A DNA stretch of 64,000 bases. Origin: Ruditapes philippinarum (lineage: Eukaryota). Position numbers and translations under genes: made by a program. Below the pieces are notes generated by a model that worked only from the letters and a program-made list of their open reading frames with translations, made no database searches and was not told the origin of the DNA. Location of the stretch: positions 62,001 through 126,000 of the forward strand of contig NW_026864722.1 of assembly GCF_026571515.1 (NCBI RefSeq), read 5' to 3'. This document shows, in pieces, positions 1 to 12,708 of the stretch. Numbering within the stretch: the stretch's first letter is position 1; every line of letters starts with the position of its first letter.

Positions 1-243
1 ATGCAATGCCTTAAAACAAGAGCTGCATGTCGGACAGCACGCACAAATATGCAAAATCAACTACCTGCATAATAAAGGAATTCTCTTATTCATAAAGTAG
101 TATAATTCTTTGTAAAACATATTAGAGGGGAGAAGCCTACAATAATAATCTCAAAAGATGTGTTTACTCACAAGTGCATTACCTCAATGGTTGTGGAGAT
201 GAATTTTGTCCCGAGAAATTCTTTAAGTTAATAAAGGGATATA

Positions 244-1871
244 TGTCACAAAGTGAAAGTACGTTTGTAAAATATTGCATTATATTTTCACGCCGAACCT
301 CATTTTTACTCTATATTCATTGAAGTGAGATTGCATCATCTTTTGTTCAATTTAGAGTTTTCGGGTGAAATTATTATTTAGAGTATTTTTATGGTTTGCA
401 TAAATTTCCATGTCTCAATTTAAACATTTTGCCGTTTATTTCACAAAAATCCTTTCAGTAATAAGAAAGTTACATTTTTGTTTTATGAACCAGATATATG
501 TATTATGTCTGTATTTGAAGGACGGGCCTTTATTTTACATAACTATTTTTCCCGCCGTCCCAGCTTTATTTCGTGCAAATCGATTTTTCATGTTTTGCAC
601 GATCTGTTTTCCCGCTCAGTACTCAGTAGTTTGCTATATATTGACTAAATTTTAAGTGTTATATTGCAATGCACTGGACGTTATACAGGTCACTATGACG
701 GTGACAGACAAATTATATTTGTCATAAAATTACAGCTTGTACAAAGTAAATTTAATTTTCTAGTGATTTTGTTTCATAAATTTTTGCTATTTCGTAAAAT
801 ACTATTTTCTATTAGAATTATAGTTTATTTGATTCAGGTTTAGTTATTTGGCAGTAATTTATTGTTTTCTAAATTTTTGCAGATTAAATTTTAAAAGCTC
901 TTTTTATTCTAGTGTTTCGCTATTGCAAATTTATACCGAGACATGTTAATTGATGTATGTTAATTGAAGTTTTAATTATATTGTAATTGTATAGGAGCCA
1001 TGAATGTTTTATAGATATATATATATATCTATTCATAAATAATTTATTATGGTTCTACCGTATTTGTGTAACTTTATATAAAATGCTGCAGTATCGTAAT
1101 GATTTGTTATAATCAATTTAATTTACGTTATCATCTTACTTCATTTCATTTATCATCAGTATCAAAACTAACGTATCTCTAGAGAAGGATCTTCAGTGGC
1201 ATGATTTTGGAAGACGTTTATTTAATATTTATTGGTGTTTATTATGTGGCGTATATTTGAATATATTTGCAACGCAGTATTATGCAGATGTGATTGAATT
1301 TTTGTTCCACGGAATGTATGGTGTACTATAGTGGACATTTTTATTATTCAAAGAAGCACGTTATTTTATTAGAAACCGACAAAGGTCGAGTCTTTTCCAA
1401 GGGATTTTATTATACCCTTATGTTTGATTATCATGGAACTTACCATGTTTTATACTTTGTAGCTTCTTATTTGAGGACAACCCGAAGATGACACGGGCCC
1501 TCCACACGTATGTCCATGGCTAAAGGGTGACGCATGCCCTTGTTCAGGATCCTATCAACTGTGCCAACACTGTAGGAAGTACAGTTACGCTTGATAAGAT
1601 TTTATACAAGACGCCCGCCATTGTGACGAATTTTGTTCAACAACGCCACCACTTTATAGAAACATCATGACAGAAACTGTACGGGAGAAATCGACTGAGA
1701 TACGTTGATAGTGTTTGTTTACGCAGTGACTTTTCATCTATAATCATTTTTCATTTATAAATATTCATTTCTTGTAAATAAATTTGTATATATTTTCTGT
1801 TCTGAGTTGTTGGTTGTTTTAGATAGCAATTGTGGTCGGCCTGGTATCCCATCGTAGTCCCTATTGTGACA
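244..1871. mobile_element. Probable solo LTR (1628 bp) with 5-bp TSD
   Basis: Begins TGTCACAA (244) and ends TTGTGACA (1871), flanked by ATATA at 239-243 and 1872-1876. The paralogous segment at ~12945-12960 shows the empty site (GGG-ATTTA-ATTATTTCC). No coding capacity. Confidence 0.8.
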
Positions 1872-3186
1872 ATATAATTATTTCCAAATCAATGCTTAGG
1901 TCATGGGTCTTGAACAGTGAATTGAAGTCCAACAATGAATGTTTATGGCTAAGGAGAAACAAACTTGCAAACAAAGCCTTATCCAAGGGCAAGCATAAGG
2001 TCAACGCGAATACCAAATTGCAGGTCAGTAAATTAGTTCCTTATTCTGTGCATAAAAAATAACAGATATTTCAACATTTAACACACATGCAGGGCACTAT
2101 CTATGAAAGGCAAGATGTCCCATGTCTAACCAATTCAAAATATTGTTAATATTTTTAATATCACTTTTCATTATTATATAAAACAAAGAATAATTTTATT
2201 TACAGTTGACTTCCGTTTGTAATACCCCACCCACTTTGTATATGGGTTTAGATCAATAAAATAGATTTACGACATAGTTCACTGATTCTAAATTTTTAAA
2301 GCTGTTTTAAACAAAGTCATGACTGTTTTTCAGTCTAAACAAAAAGAAACTAATAAGTTACACATATTAAGAAAAGGTCACCCAGTTTGCAACATATTGC
2401 TCTCTTCAGTCGTTAAAATTAAGCGATGAAAACTAGAAAAAATGCAATAATGTCAAAATTTATAGCATTAGTGAGTTAAAAAATAAATAATTTCATATTA
2501 AATTTCAATTGATTTAAAAAACTTATAAATGAAATAAGCAACGTAAATATACTAGAATATTTAGTGATTTGGTGGCCATCTTTGACGCCATCTTGGATAT
2601 CTTAGCTTTGCATCGGGGTTGGGTCAAATGAATATCCATTCCAGAAACTACAGATCCAGACAAACAGTTTGGTATATGAAACTTGCTGTTGGCTGACATA
2701 GACCACTTATCCCTCTAAATCGGCTGATTTGCACACCTATAATAACTATATTATCCATTATGTTTATGCTGATCATAAAATAAATAGTAAACATTTCCTG
2801 TCTGTACATTCTTTGTCTGTAAGCAAATCATTATCAGCCAGATTAAACCCAACCCACTTTCCTTTCAAAAATAGTGTGTGACGTATTGCTGATTTGTAGA
2901 AGTCTTCAAAAAATACTGATCCTCTGTAGATTCTTGAGGATAGTTTATGCAATCTACGTGCAGAGAATTTGTTTGGACCTCTTGATTATTTTACAAGATG
3001 ATAATTAACAACACCAGCAACAGTGATAAGCAAGTACACGAATATGTTTCAGCTACAAAAGCATGCTCACTCGTGCACGCACTAACACAATACAAAACTC
3101 TCTATTTCTGTCAACTCTCGCGGTTGTTATTAACAGGGCCTCGAGTAAGAAGAAAGTATAAAGTTAAAAGTATAAAAGTATTACAG

Positions 3187-3246
3187 TATAAAAGTTCCTA
3201 AACTAAAGCAAGCATCAAACAATAAGACTAGAAATATAGACTCAAG
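3187..3246 (+). promoter_or_regulatory. Putative TATA box, initiator and 30-nt non-coding first exon of C1qDC unit 1
   Basis: TATAAAAG at 3187, TCA with its A at 3217 (30 nt downstream), then AAG|GTAATG donor at 3247. An acceptor TTCTTGCAG ends at 3821, just before ATG 3841. The same spacing is conserved at 14317 and 18594. Confidence 0.55.
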
Positions 3247-3840
3247 GTAATGTTTTGAATCACACTTATGTGTCACATTGGAGGTTCAATGGAAATCGCC
3301 CTATGAACGCATCTGCGGATTTCTTTTAAAATCTAAAATTTCACCATTTTTATGTTTAAATGTTGAATTATGCTTAAGCTGGTGTTAGCTGTGGGACGGG
3401 AGCGTTGGCGAGGACAGTAACTTGTGTTTTAAGTATCGTCCAGGCTAAATGAAACCGAGAGTGCAACATTCATTGCCAATTTTTGATCAAAATGACGATA
3501 AGATGATGATTGTGGTGAAGATGACGATTACAAACAGTAATGATGACGGGGATGATTATTTGAAGTTGATGATGTCAAAGATGTCGATATGTTTCTCCTA
3601 CTGTTGCTTTTGATGAATTAATATTTTAATGGCAAATCTAATTATAATAATAATCATTTTACTGATGATGACAGAAAAAACAAATTAAATAAGGAACACG
3701 TAGAATGCTTCTATTAAACTATAAGCAAGTACCTTTACAAGAGTTCATATCTTACTATCACGTTCTTCATATATATTGAATTAATAATTTACTAATAAGT
3801 TAAATCTGGACTTTCTTGCAGACAGAAAACTCGTCTGACA

Positions 3841-5269
3841 ATGGCTTTCACTTCACCGGTGATTATAATATTGTTTTATCTTGTGACGTCATCGCTTGCT
3901 GACAATTCAGACAAGCCAGTAACAGATAATCGTGACATAGCTAAAGACTTTGACGACTTTAAAAAAGCTATGACCGAAACCCATGCACGAGACATTCAAA
4001 GACTTGAGGATATTATAAACGCTCAAGGAATGCAAATTCAAAAGCTTGAATCTGACAATGCTATGATGGCTTCTGCAATACAAGATCTGCAAAGAAAAAT
4101 AGAAAAAATGACTGTCAAGAAAGACGATGTTTTGAAAAGTGCTGGGAAATCACAAAGCGACGAAACGTTTAGAAAAGCGTTTTCAAAATCAAACGTCTCC
4201 CTGCAGAAGAGAGGTAAAAATAATTCTGTTTCAATGAAGCTATCTTTTAGAAAAATTACTTTTATTCATATTCAAAAAGTTAATTTCATAATTTTAAATA
4301 AAGCAACGCTTAGAGTGAATAAGTCTATAATGAAAGGGATATAATACAGTTTAACCTTTGTTAAAACCACTTTCAAATAAAGGCCATAATGCAAATAAAA
4401 GCAACTCTTCAGCAACTCTTCATTGATTAAATAGAACATGATAACGGCCAAATAAAGACCACTTGTCTATAAAAGTCACGTTTGATCTCTGCTTTGGGTG
4501 GAAGGTGTTTGATACAAGATCCCATGTTACATATTCTATAAACAGATAATATGTTGTTCTTGAACAAAATATTATAGTAATTATTCACCATACATAAATG
4601 TTAACACTATATGTCATTATTTAGAAATCTATCAACATTTGTAAGCAATATTTTATAAGAATAATAATTTTATATATTTCTATTGTTTTTATCAATATTT
4701 GAATTACTGATTGAAAATGTCCTATTAGAGACTTACAGATTTTCATTTTATAAAATCTGAAGGAAAACTTAAGAGATTTCAAATGTTTTACATTTCTTAT
4801 TTCATACAAATGCTTAGTGCTAGAAAAAAAATTGCTTTATCCTTAAGGTCAATACACTATGGTGGGAAGAGCAATCGCCGAAAGCAAAGTTGCATTTTTT
4901 GCCTCAGTTACAACCAACCTTGGACATTTGGGTCAAGACCAAGATATCATATTTGACCACGCTGTTACAAATATTGGTAATGGTTATCTACCACACCACG
5001 GAACGTTTGTGGCACCAGTCTCTGGAACGTATGTGTTATTTGTCACTTTACATAACCAAGATCCGGCGGATACCTGGGGCCATTTTGTTGTTAATGGGTC
5101 AATTGTTGCAAAATTATTTTTGCATTACGGACAATCCTCTCAGACGGTAATTGTATATTTGAGACAAGGAGAAGACGTTTCAATACAAAACACAAAGACA
5201 GACCGGAGCATATTCGGGGACCGCTACAGCACATTTAGTGGATTTCTGTTGTATTTGTTGGCTAAATAA
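3841..5269 (+). CDS. C1qDC protein, unit 1 (signal peptide + coiled coil + gC1q), ~264 aa; exons 3841-4213, 4848-5269
   Basis: Hydrophobic N-terminus and heptad stalk. Donor AGAG|GTAAAA and acceptor TTAAG|GTC join in frame (phase 1). gC1q motifs VAFFA, IIFD.AVTNIG.GY...GTFVAPVSGTY and YSTFSGFLL are present. A small deletion replaces the C-terminal tail with LLAK. Confidence 0.88.
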
Positions 5270-7107
5270 AATTGATTGGGAAGTCTTCAAAAAATTATGA
5301 TATAATAATACAATACATAATTTCTAAATATTGATCATTATATTATATTACCATTTTCCATGAATCATACTAAACTAAATTTGATTACGATTATTTTTAA
5401 AGGTATCTTTCTGGCATTGAAAAATAATCCTCAAGAGGTCAATTCGTTCCGCTGCTCAAATATCGGAGATGAAATTGAAATTGATGGCATTATTTTTGTT
5501 GGATTGACAAAGCAGGTTATATTTCTGTCTTAGACTATAAGACTTCTAGGAACAATTTATAAATTAATAAATAAATGTAGTTTTGATCTTGCTTTTTAAA
5601 GAAACACTTTTAGTAAATTAAGTTTGCGGTCACTCTTATATGTTTTCTTTCTACAAAACGTAAAAGTAAGTACCTTTAAAACAAAGTCTTAATCAGTTAC
5701 AAGACAATGCCATCTGACAAAGACATCTACATGTAAGTTGTCTGATAACTGTAGAGCCATTAACTAAATCAGTAAAATTACTTTTTATTAAAAGAACTAC
5801 AAAAACATGAAATTTATAATTCTTGAAAAAAAAATCAAGTGAACACTTAAAATGGAAAAGGTTTATTAAGTAATATGCTTATGTTTGTGCGATTCCTAGC
5901 ACGATTGATTGTTAAGCGTTATAATGCTTTTCTCTTTTTTTATTTTGCAAAGAAAAAAAAAACATAATAAAATAAATAATTGCGTCCTATATGCTCAGAA
6001 AAAAAAGGTTGCAGACACGCAAAACATTGTTCACAATAACAATGATTTTAAGTTATATGTATAGCTTAAAACCGGAAACAAAAACAAAGACTAATTGTTG
6101 GAAATATACCAGCGACAATAAGTCATATTAACCTGTGAGGGAAATAATCAACCAAATTGCTCTATTGTTGTATTACATTTCTCATATGCAAACAATTGTA
6201 TAAAAAATCTCTTAAAATGGAGACGCAAATTTTATGCATTTGTGAAAGAAATATGACTTGAATAAAAGGTCATGAAGTGTTGTTGAAAGGTGAGAATTGA
6301 AAATTTTCCTTTTTTCCCCTTTTAAGATTCATAATGAATACCAATCAGTAGAATGACGATATATCCATAAAGTACAGATTCAGTTTTATCTTGTTCGCGA
6401 AATTCAACACTTAATAATTACTGGACAATCCTTGAGAAATTTTTCGTTGAATATGAGCATTTAAAGCTTTCTCAATACATTGATTTTTACTGTATGAGCA
6501 CCATTATACATCTATAGAAGGCCAATGGTTATCATTAAAAAATATCACGTGGACAATGTCAACATCAAAAGGGCAACGTCAAATTTAAATGCCAAAATAT
6601 ACCAGTGTTACTTTATTTAATTAGTCTTTTAGCAAATGGAACTTATGATAGGTAGCAAAAGGCTGTAGATATTGTCTCTGCGCACTTTTTTCAGAATAAA
6701 AAATCTAATGAAAGTAGAAAAGTTTTGACAGTTAATGATGCAACCGACGAAGAAGATAACGACGATAAAAATGATCATGATGACGCAGGCAATGTTTTAG
6801 AAAATGACGATGATATTAATGACAAAGATATTGTGATGAAGATGACGACTTTAGCAATGATGATAACGATTATTAACATGGCCATTGCGCAGGCTTCGAG
6901 ACAAACTTGAATCGGAGACCGTTGATATTTACTATCATGTTCATGCTGACCATAAAGTAGAACGTAAACATTTCCTGTCTTAATAATCTTTGTCAATGAT
7001 ATACTATTTGTAAGCAAAAAGTATCATTGTCAGCCAGACCTAACCCCACCCACTTTCCTTTATAAAATAGTGTGAGATGTATTGCTGATTTTGTAGAAAT
7101 CGTCCAA

Positions 7108-9159
7108 AACTAGAACTGCCATTGTAATGGCGTGAATGTCCCGCATACCACTCTGTCAGAATCAACAGTGGTCATTTAGAGCTCAATGACAACCTCCCTG
7201 CCAATTCTGAAGGTAGTAAGCCAGTGCATTGCTAAGTTAAGTATTCTACATGTTTTTAGTGGCAAAGATCAAGGTGACCTTTACCTTTGACCTACTGACC
7301 TCGAAACAGAAATAGCCACAGCATGACTTGAAGTCATGCCACTGCTTAACTTGAGGTCATGCCACTACATGACTTCCATCCCCAATTCATGCAGATTTGC
7401 CTGGGGGTGTTTATGATGAATATATATGAACATAAATATACGCTTCAAATGTGAAAAGGTCAACATTAATACACTGTGGCCAGACATTCTTAAACATTTG
7501 AGCAGATAAGCTTATTGAAGTAAAAGCCCATGTGACCTCGGCCTATGACATAGTCACCTAAAAATCAATAGGGGTCAACTACTTGACAAACTCGATACCA
7601 AATATAAAGACTATTGACCAAAGCATTATTAATCGATTGAGATGACAAACTTTGAACTTAAGACCCTTGCGACCTTTGACCCAGTGACTTCAAAATCAAT
7701 AAGGGTCACCTTATGGTCATGATCAACCTTCATGACAAATATGAAGACGGTGTATTAAAGGCTTCTTAAGTAATTGGACGGTCAAAACATTTTGATGTCA
7801 ATGCCATTGTGACCTTACCCTTTACCAAATGACCTCAAAATCAATAGGGGTCATTAAATGGTCATGACAAAACTCCATGCCAAAAAGGAAGTCTGTCAAA
7901 GGATTTAAAAGTTATTGCGTGGGCAATCACTTTTAGTTCAGGCTCTTCTGACCTTGACCTTTAACCCAGGGATCTCAAAATCAATACGGGCCGCCAATGG
8001 TCATGACAAACCTTCATGCCAAAAATAAAAGACTGTGGGTCAAAGGATTCTAAGGTTATTGGGCGGACAAATTCTTTAATGCAAGGCTTCTGTGCCCTTC
8101 ACCCCGTGACCTAAAAATCAATAGAGTTCAACTTATGGTCATGACTAACCTCAATGCCAAATATGAAGACTGTCGGTCAAAGGAATCTTAATTTATTTGG
8201 CGGAAAACCTTTTTAATAAAGGCTCTTCTGACCTTGACCTTTGACCTAGTGACATCAGAATCAATAGAGGTCATCTTCTAGTCATAACCAACCTCAATAC
8301 CAAATATGAAGACTGTTAACTAAAGCATTCCAAAGCTGAGTGGACAAGCTTTTAAGTTCATGGCTCCTGTTACCTTGACCTTAAGCCCAATTTCGTCTAA
8401 ACAATAGGGGTCATCTAATGGTTATCACTAACGTATGAAAGAAAAAATATGAAAATTAAAGGTCAAAGGATTCTTGAGTTATTGAGAGAATAAGCTTTTT
8501 ATAGTCAAGTCCCCTGTGATCTTGATCTTTGACCCAGTGACTTCAAAATCAATAGGGGTCATCAAATGGTTATGGCTAACCTATAACAAATATGAAGGCT
8601 GCTGTGGGTCAAAGGATTTTTAAGTTATTGGGCGGACAAGCATTATTTTAGTTAAGGCTCCTGTGCTCTTCACCTTTGACCTTGTGACCTAAAAAATAAT
8701 AGGAATCATCTACTAATCATGACCAATCTCAATCTCAAATATGAAGACTGTGGGTCAAAGGAAACTTAAGTTATTGGGCGAAAAAGCTTATTTTTATTCA
8801 AGGCCCCTGTGACCTTGACCTTCGACCCAGTGTCCTCAAAATTTACTTACCTCCATCACAAATATGAAGACTGTGGGTCAAAAGATTTTTAAATTATAGG
8901 GCGGACAAGATTTTATAAGTCAAGGCCCCTGTGACCTTGACCTTTGACCTGGTGACCTCAAAATCTATAGGGATCATCTAGTAGTCATGACTAATCTGAA
9001 TACCAAATATGAAGACTGTGGGTTAAAGGAATCTTCAGTAATTGGCCGGACAAGGAAAAATCGACAGACGGCCGGTTGGCAGGACGGTGGGATGGACGAA
9101 CAAGCTGTTTCAAGTACTAGTATACCATCCTTACAACATTATTTGTGCATGGGTTTAAT
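7108..9159. mobile_element. HINE/pearl-like non-autonomous element carrying ~11 tandem ~140-bp repeats
   Basis: Units contain TGACCTTGACCTTTGACC...AAAATCAATAGGGGTCA (7530-9050), followed by a GACGG-type microsatellite near 9062-9100. It interrupts the A-run of GTCTTCAAAAAATACTGAT, which is intact in paralogs (2902-2920, 14036-14054). Confidence 0.75.
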
Positions 9160-9209
9160 TACTGATTCGCTGTAGATTCGTGAGGACATTATATGCAATC
9201 TACGTTCGG

Positions 9210-10444
9210 CAAAAGCTTGAATCTGACCATGTCGTGAAGAATTCTGCAATACAGGATCTGCAAGGAAAAATAGAAAACATGACTGCAAAGAAAAACAATG
9301 GTTTTAAAAGTGCTGGTAAATCACACAGCGACGAAACTTCTACCATATCACAAGTCTCCCAGAAGAAGAGAGGTAAGCCTAAAATTTCTGTAACAATGAA
9401 GCTGTTTTTATTCATGTTATATTTATGTTCTTTATTCATATTCAGAAAGTCAATTACACGATTTTAAATAAAGTGGAAAAGTCTATATCGAAAGGGATGT
9501 TATACAGTTAAACCTGTGTTAAAGACCACTTTCAAATAAAAGCCATAATGCAAAAAAGGCCAGTCTTCAGCAACCCTTCATTGATTAAATAGAACATTAT
9601 AACCTCCAAATAAAGGCAACTTATCTATAAAGGTCATGTTTGGTCTCTCCTTTGGATGGCAGGTGTGAGATACAAGATCCCATATTACATATTTTATATA
9701 GCAGATAATGTATTGATCTTGAACAGAATATTATTATTCATCCTACATAAATGTTCATACTGTTCCATTTAGACTTTTATCAACATTTTTTTAAGCAAAG
9801 TTTTATAATAATATCAGTTTGATATATTTCTATTGTTTTCATCAATATTTGAATTACGTATGGAAAATGTTGTAGACCTATCTACTTTCAGTCCATTTTT
9901 TTTATTTTATAAAATCTGAAAAAAAAAGAACTTAAGCGAGTTTAAGTGTATTACATTTCTTAGTTCATACCAATGGCTAGTGCTAGAAAAAGTGCTTTAT
10001 CTTTAAGGTCAACATAAGATGGTGGGAAGAGCAAGCGCCGAAAGCAAGGTTGCATTTTTTGCCTCAGTTACACCCAACCTTGAACATTTGGGTAAAGATC
10101 AAGATATCATATTTGACCACGCTGTTACAAATATTGGTAATGGTTTTCTACCACACAACGGAACATTTGTGGCTCCAGTCTCTGGAACATATGTATTATC
10201 TGTTACATTACTCCACATAGCCGCAACGAATACCTGGGGTCATTTGGTTGTTAATGGATCAGTTGTTGCAAAATTTTATTTCAATAACGGACAATCCTCT
10301 CAGACAGTTATTGTATATCTGAGACAAGGAGAAGACGTTTCAGTACAAAACACAGCGACAGACCGGAAGATAGATGGGGACCGCTACAGCACATTTAGTG
10401 GATTTCTGTTGTATGAAGATTTCTCTGTAAACATTGTTGGCTAA
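9210..10444 (+). pseudogene. C1qDC unit 2: 5'-truncated stalk (9210-9372) with intact open gC1q exon (10008-10444)
   Basis: Upstream-flank sequence is fused directly to mid-stalk CAAAAGCTTGAATCTGAC, so TATA, exon 1, ATG and signal peptide are absent. Donor 9373 and acceptor 10007 are intact, and the head ORF is uninterrupted. Confidence 0.75.
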
Positions 10445-10913
10445 ATAAAATTGATTGAACAGTCTTCAGAAATTTATGATATGATAAAACAATACATCAT
10501 TTCTAAATTTTGTTCATTATATAATATTTTTTCTTTCTTTGTTTTTCCCCATGAATTTCGAGTGACGAACAGCAGAATATTTTCTTAGATCGTTTTGGGC
10601 GTACTTAATAGGGGATTAAGATTTTCTCTGTTTGGTTAGTATATATTGTGATGCGCAGGTGCATAGAGAGGGAAAATAAAGTAGGACGTATAAATGGAAA
10701 ACATTAACCAATTAGAGTCAGAATTGCATACATAAAAAAAATAGAATCCCTAAGCTTAAACATGAACAACGTTTACAGTGACAGTGAGTTAAGAGATAAC
10801 AAGAATTATTTAATATTTTATCTAACTATAACGCTCTTCATATATATTGATTTAGTAATTTACTAAAATCAGTTGAATTTCGACCTTTTTGCAGACAGAA
10901 TTCTTGTCTGACA

Positions 10914-11068
10914 ATGGCATTTTCTTCAATGCAATTGATAGTACCATTGTTTTATCTCATGACGTCATCGGATGCTGACAATACTGACAAGCTAGTAACA
11001 GAAAATCGTGATATTGATAAAGAATTTCACGATTTAAAAAAATATGTTTCAACAAAACTTGAAGCTAT
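10914..11068 (+). pseudogene. Orphan 3'-truncated C1qDC stalk exon
   Basis: MAFSS...KKYVSTKLEA matches the unit-6 stalk, then homology stops abruptly at 11068. No donor site or own head exon. Confidence 0.75.
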
Positions 11069-12708
11069 TTTAGTGGATGCGAGAAAGTGTGACTATACTG
11101 ATTATATGGAATGTCAATTTTTACGTTAATGAATAAACATAAGTTGATTTTGAAAGAGTGATATCATAAGAGGTATCTTGTTAGATCTATCAAGAATGTG
11201 TTACTAATTTAATAAGCATGCTTTTGTTGTAAGTAAACCTATAGCTTTGAACAGTATGCGAAAAGAAATCTCTGTTCATTTATCTATATGTTACACAGGT
11301 TTTCTATGTCAAATGAAATGTCTTTAATTTTTTAAATCTCTTAAATTGACTAAATAGTCAAATGAAATGTTTGATATTTTTATCTACATGTACCATTACT
11401 CTGTTGGCCCCTGGATTCATAAAACCTGCATGGTAGGCGGATAATGTTTAAATGAAAATTGTTCAGCTTGGCATTACATTGTATTTGTGGTATTTTAATT
11501 TCCTTTTATTTGACCTTTTCGAGTTGTGGGGTTCTAGTATACCTATTTTAATAGTGTATAATAACCCTTTGGATATGTTGCCTGCTTTTAAAGATTGTCC
11601 TTTGACATTTCATCCCGTTTTATAAATCCATTTTATTTAGTTTCGCCCATTTTTTTTCTATTACTTGAAAACAATACTTTGTATGTTGTGACATATCACG
11701 AACATTTTACATTGAAGATACAATGATCACTTTCGTATGAATACATCTTTGGAAGTTTCTTTACTACCTTTAAAAATGAACCAGTTTATGTAAAATTGAG
11801 AATTCTGCTTAAGCCGGTGCTAGGGGGTGTTGATAGTAGCTTGCAATTACCACTACCGGTAAGTTCTTATATGACGAGACAGTGTAAATAAAATACTAGT
11901 AAATCGACGCCAAGTGAAATTCTAACTATTGTCATAGTAACATTAGACGAAATAATTAAAACACATAAATTATCATGTAAATATGTACTAAAAGGTACAG
12001 CCTAATGACCATTTCCAAAGTACTCGATGCTTGAAGCAATGTGACACGTTAGTACCATTCCATGAAAAGCGGCGTACGGTCCCCAAGTGAAAGAATGCGT
12101 GTGCCCTAAACAAGAAAACAATGCGCAAAACTAAATAAAATGGAATTTTGAAAGGGGATCAGAGGTTATGAGGCCTGCATATCGCAGATAAGCTGTCATC
12201 TCCACAGAAATCAGGCTTGCTTATACCTAGTAGTAAAAGAGTTTTTAAAGTACAATTAAATTTTAAAACCTATCTGAATTACGATGATAGAACTTGAAAA
12301 AGGGGCTTAATTCTGTCAAATGCTTGACAGAGTTGTCTCCTCCAGTGTCCATGTTGAGGGCACTATGTCAATGGTCGGACTTTGAAAATATGTGTGGTGG
12401 TACTCAAACTTTAACGTAAGTGGTTGCGCCGACGCTCGGAGGACTAGGATTGTTCTCCTTAATCGTCGAATAGTTTAGCTAAAATGAAACTCTCATAATA
12501 GATATTTTCAATTCACTCGCTATATGTATACTATTTTATTCATAATTCAGATCCAGCCTAGCAGGAGAGTCCTCTGCTGTAAAATGAATTACGTACCCAT
12601 TTCAAATGTTCTAGTAAATTACATTTTACTTTTTAATGTATATATGATATCCGTAATCAATAATGACAAAATTCCAAATATGATTCACTTGTAAATTATC
12701 ATACGTTA

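Noticed and set aside
3907-4092. Recurrent antisense ORFs over stalk exons (also 15900, 19316, 38286) and alternate-frame ORFs over heads (4890, 39708)
   Set aside because: Shadows of duplicated coding exons. Their recurrence is explained by paralogy.
4859-5269. Head ORFs as stand-alone single-exon genes starting at their internal Met
   Set aside because: Each is preceded by a conserved splice acceptor 11-14 nt upstream that joins the signal-peptide exon in frame.
6725-6910. Asp/Asn-rich ORFs (also 15337-15615) and Ile/His-rich antisense ORFs near 33017-33296
   Set aside because: Degenerate (GAT/GAC)n tracts in intron-1-like sequence. The frame is not conserved between copies.
7530-9050. 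Regularly spaced repeats resembling a CRISPR array
   Set aside because: Whole ~140-bp units are homologous with no unique spacers, there are no cas genes, and the context is eukaryotic.
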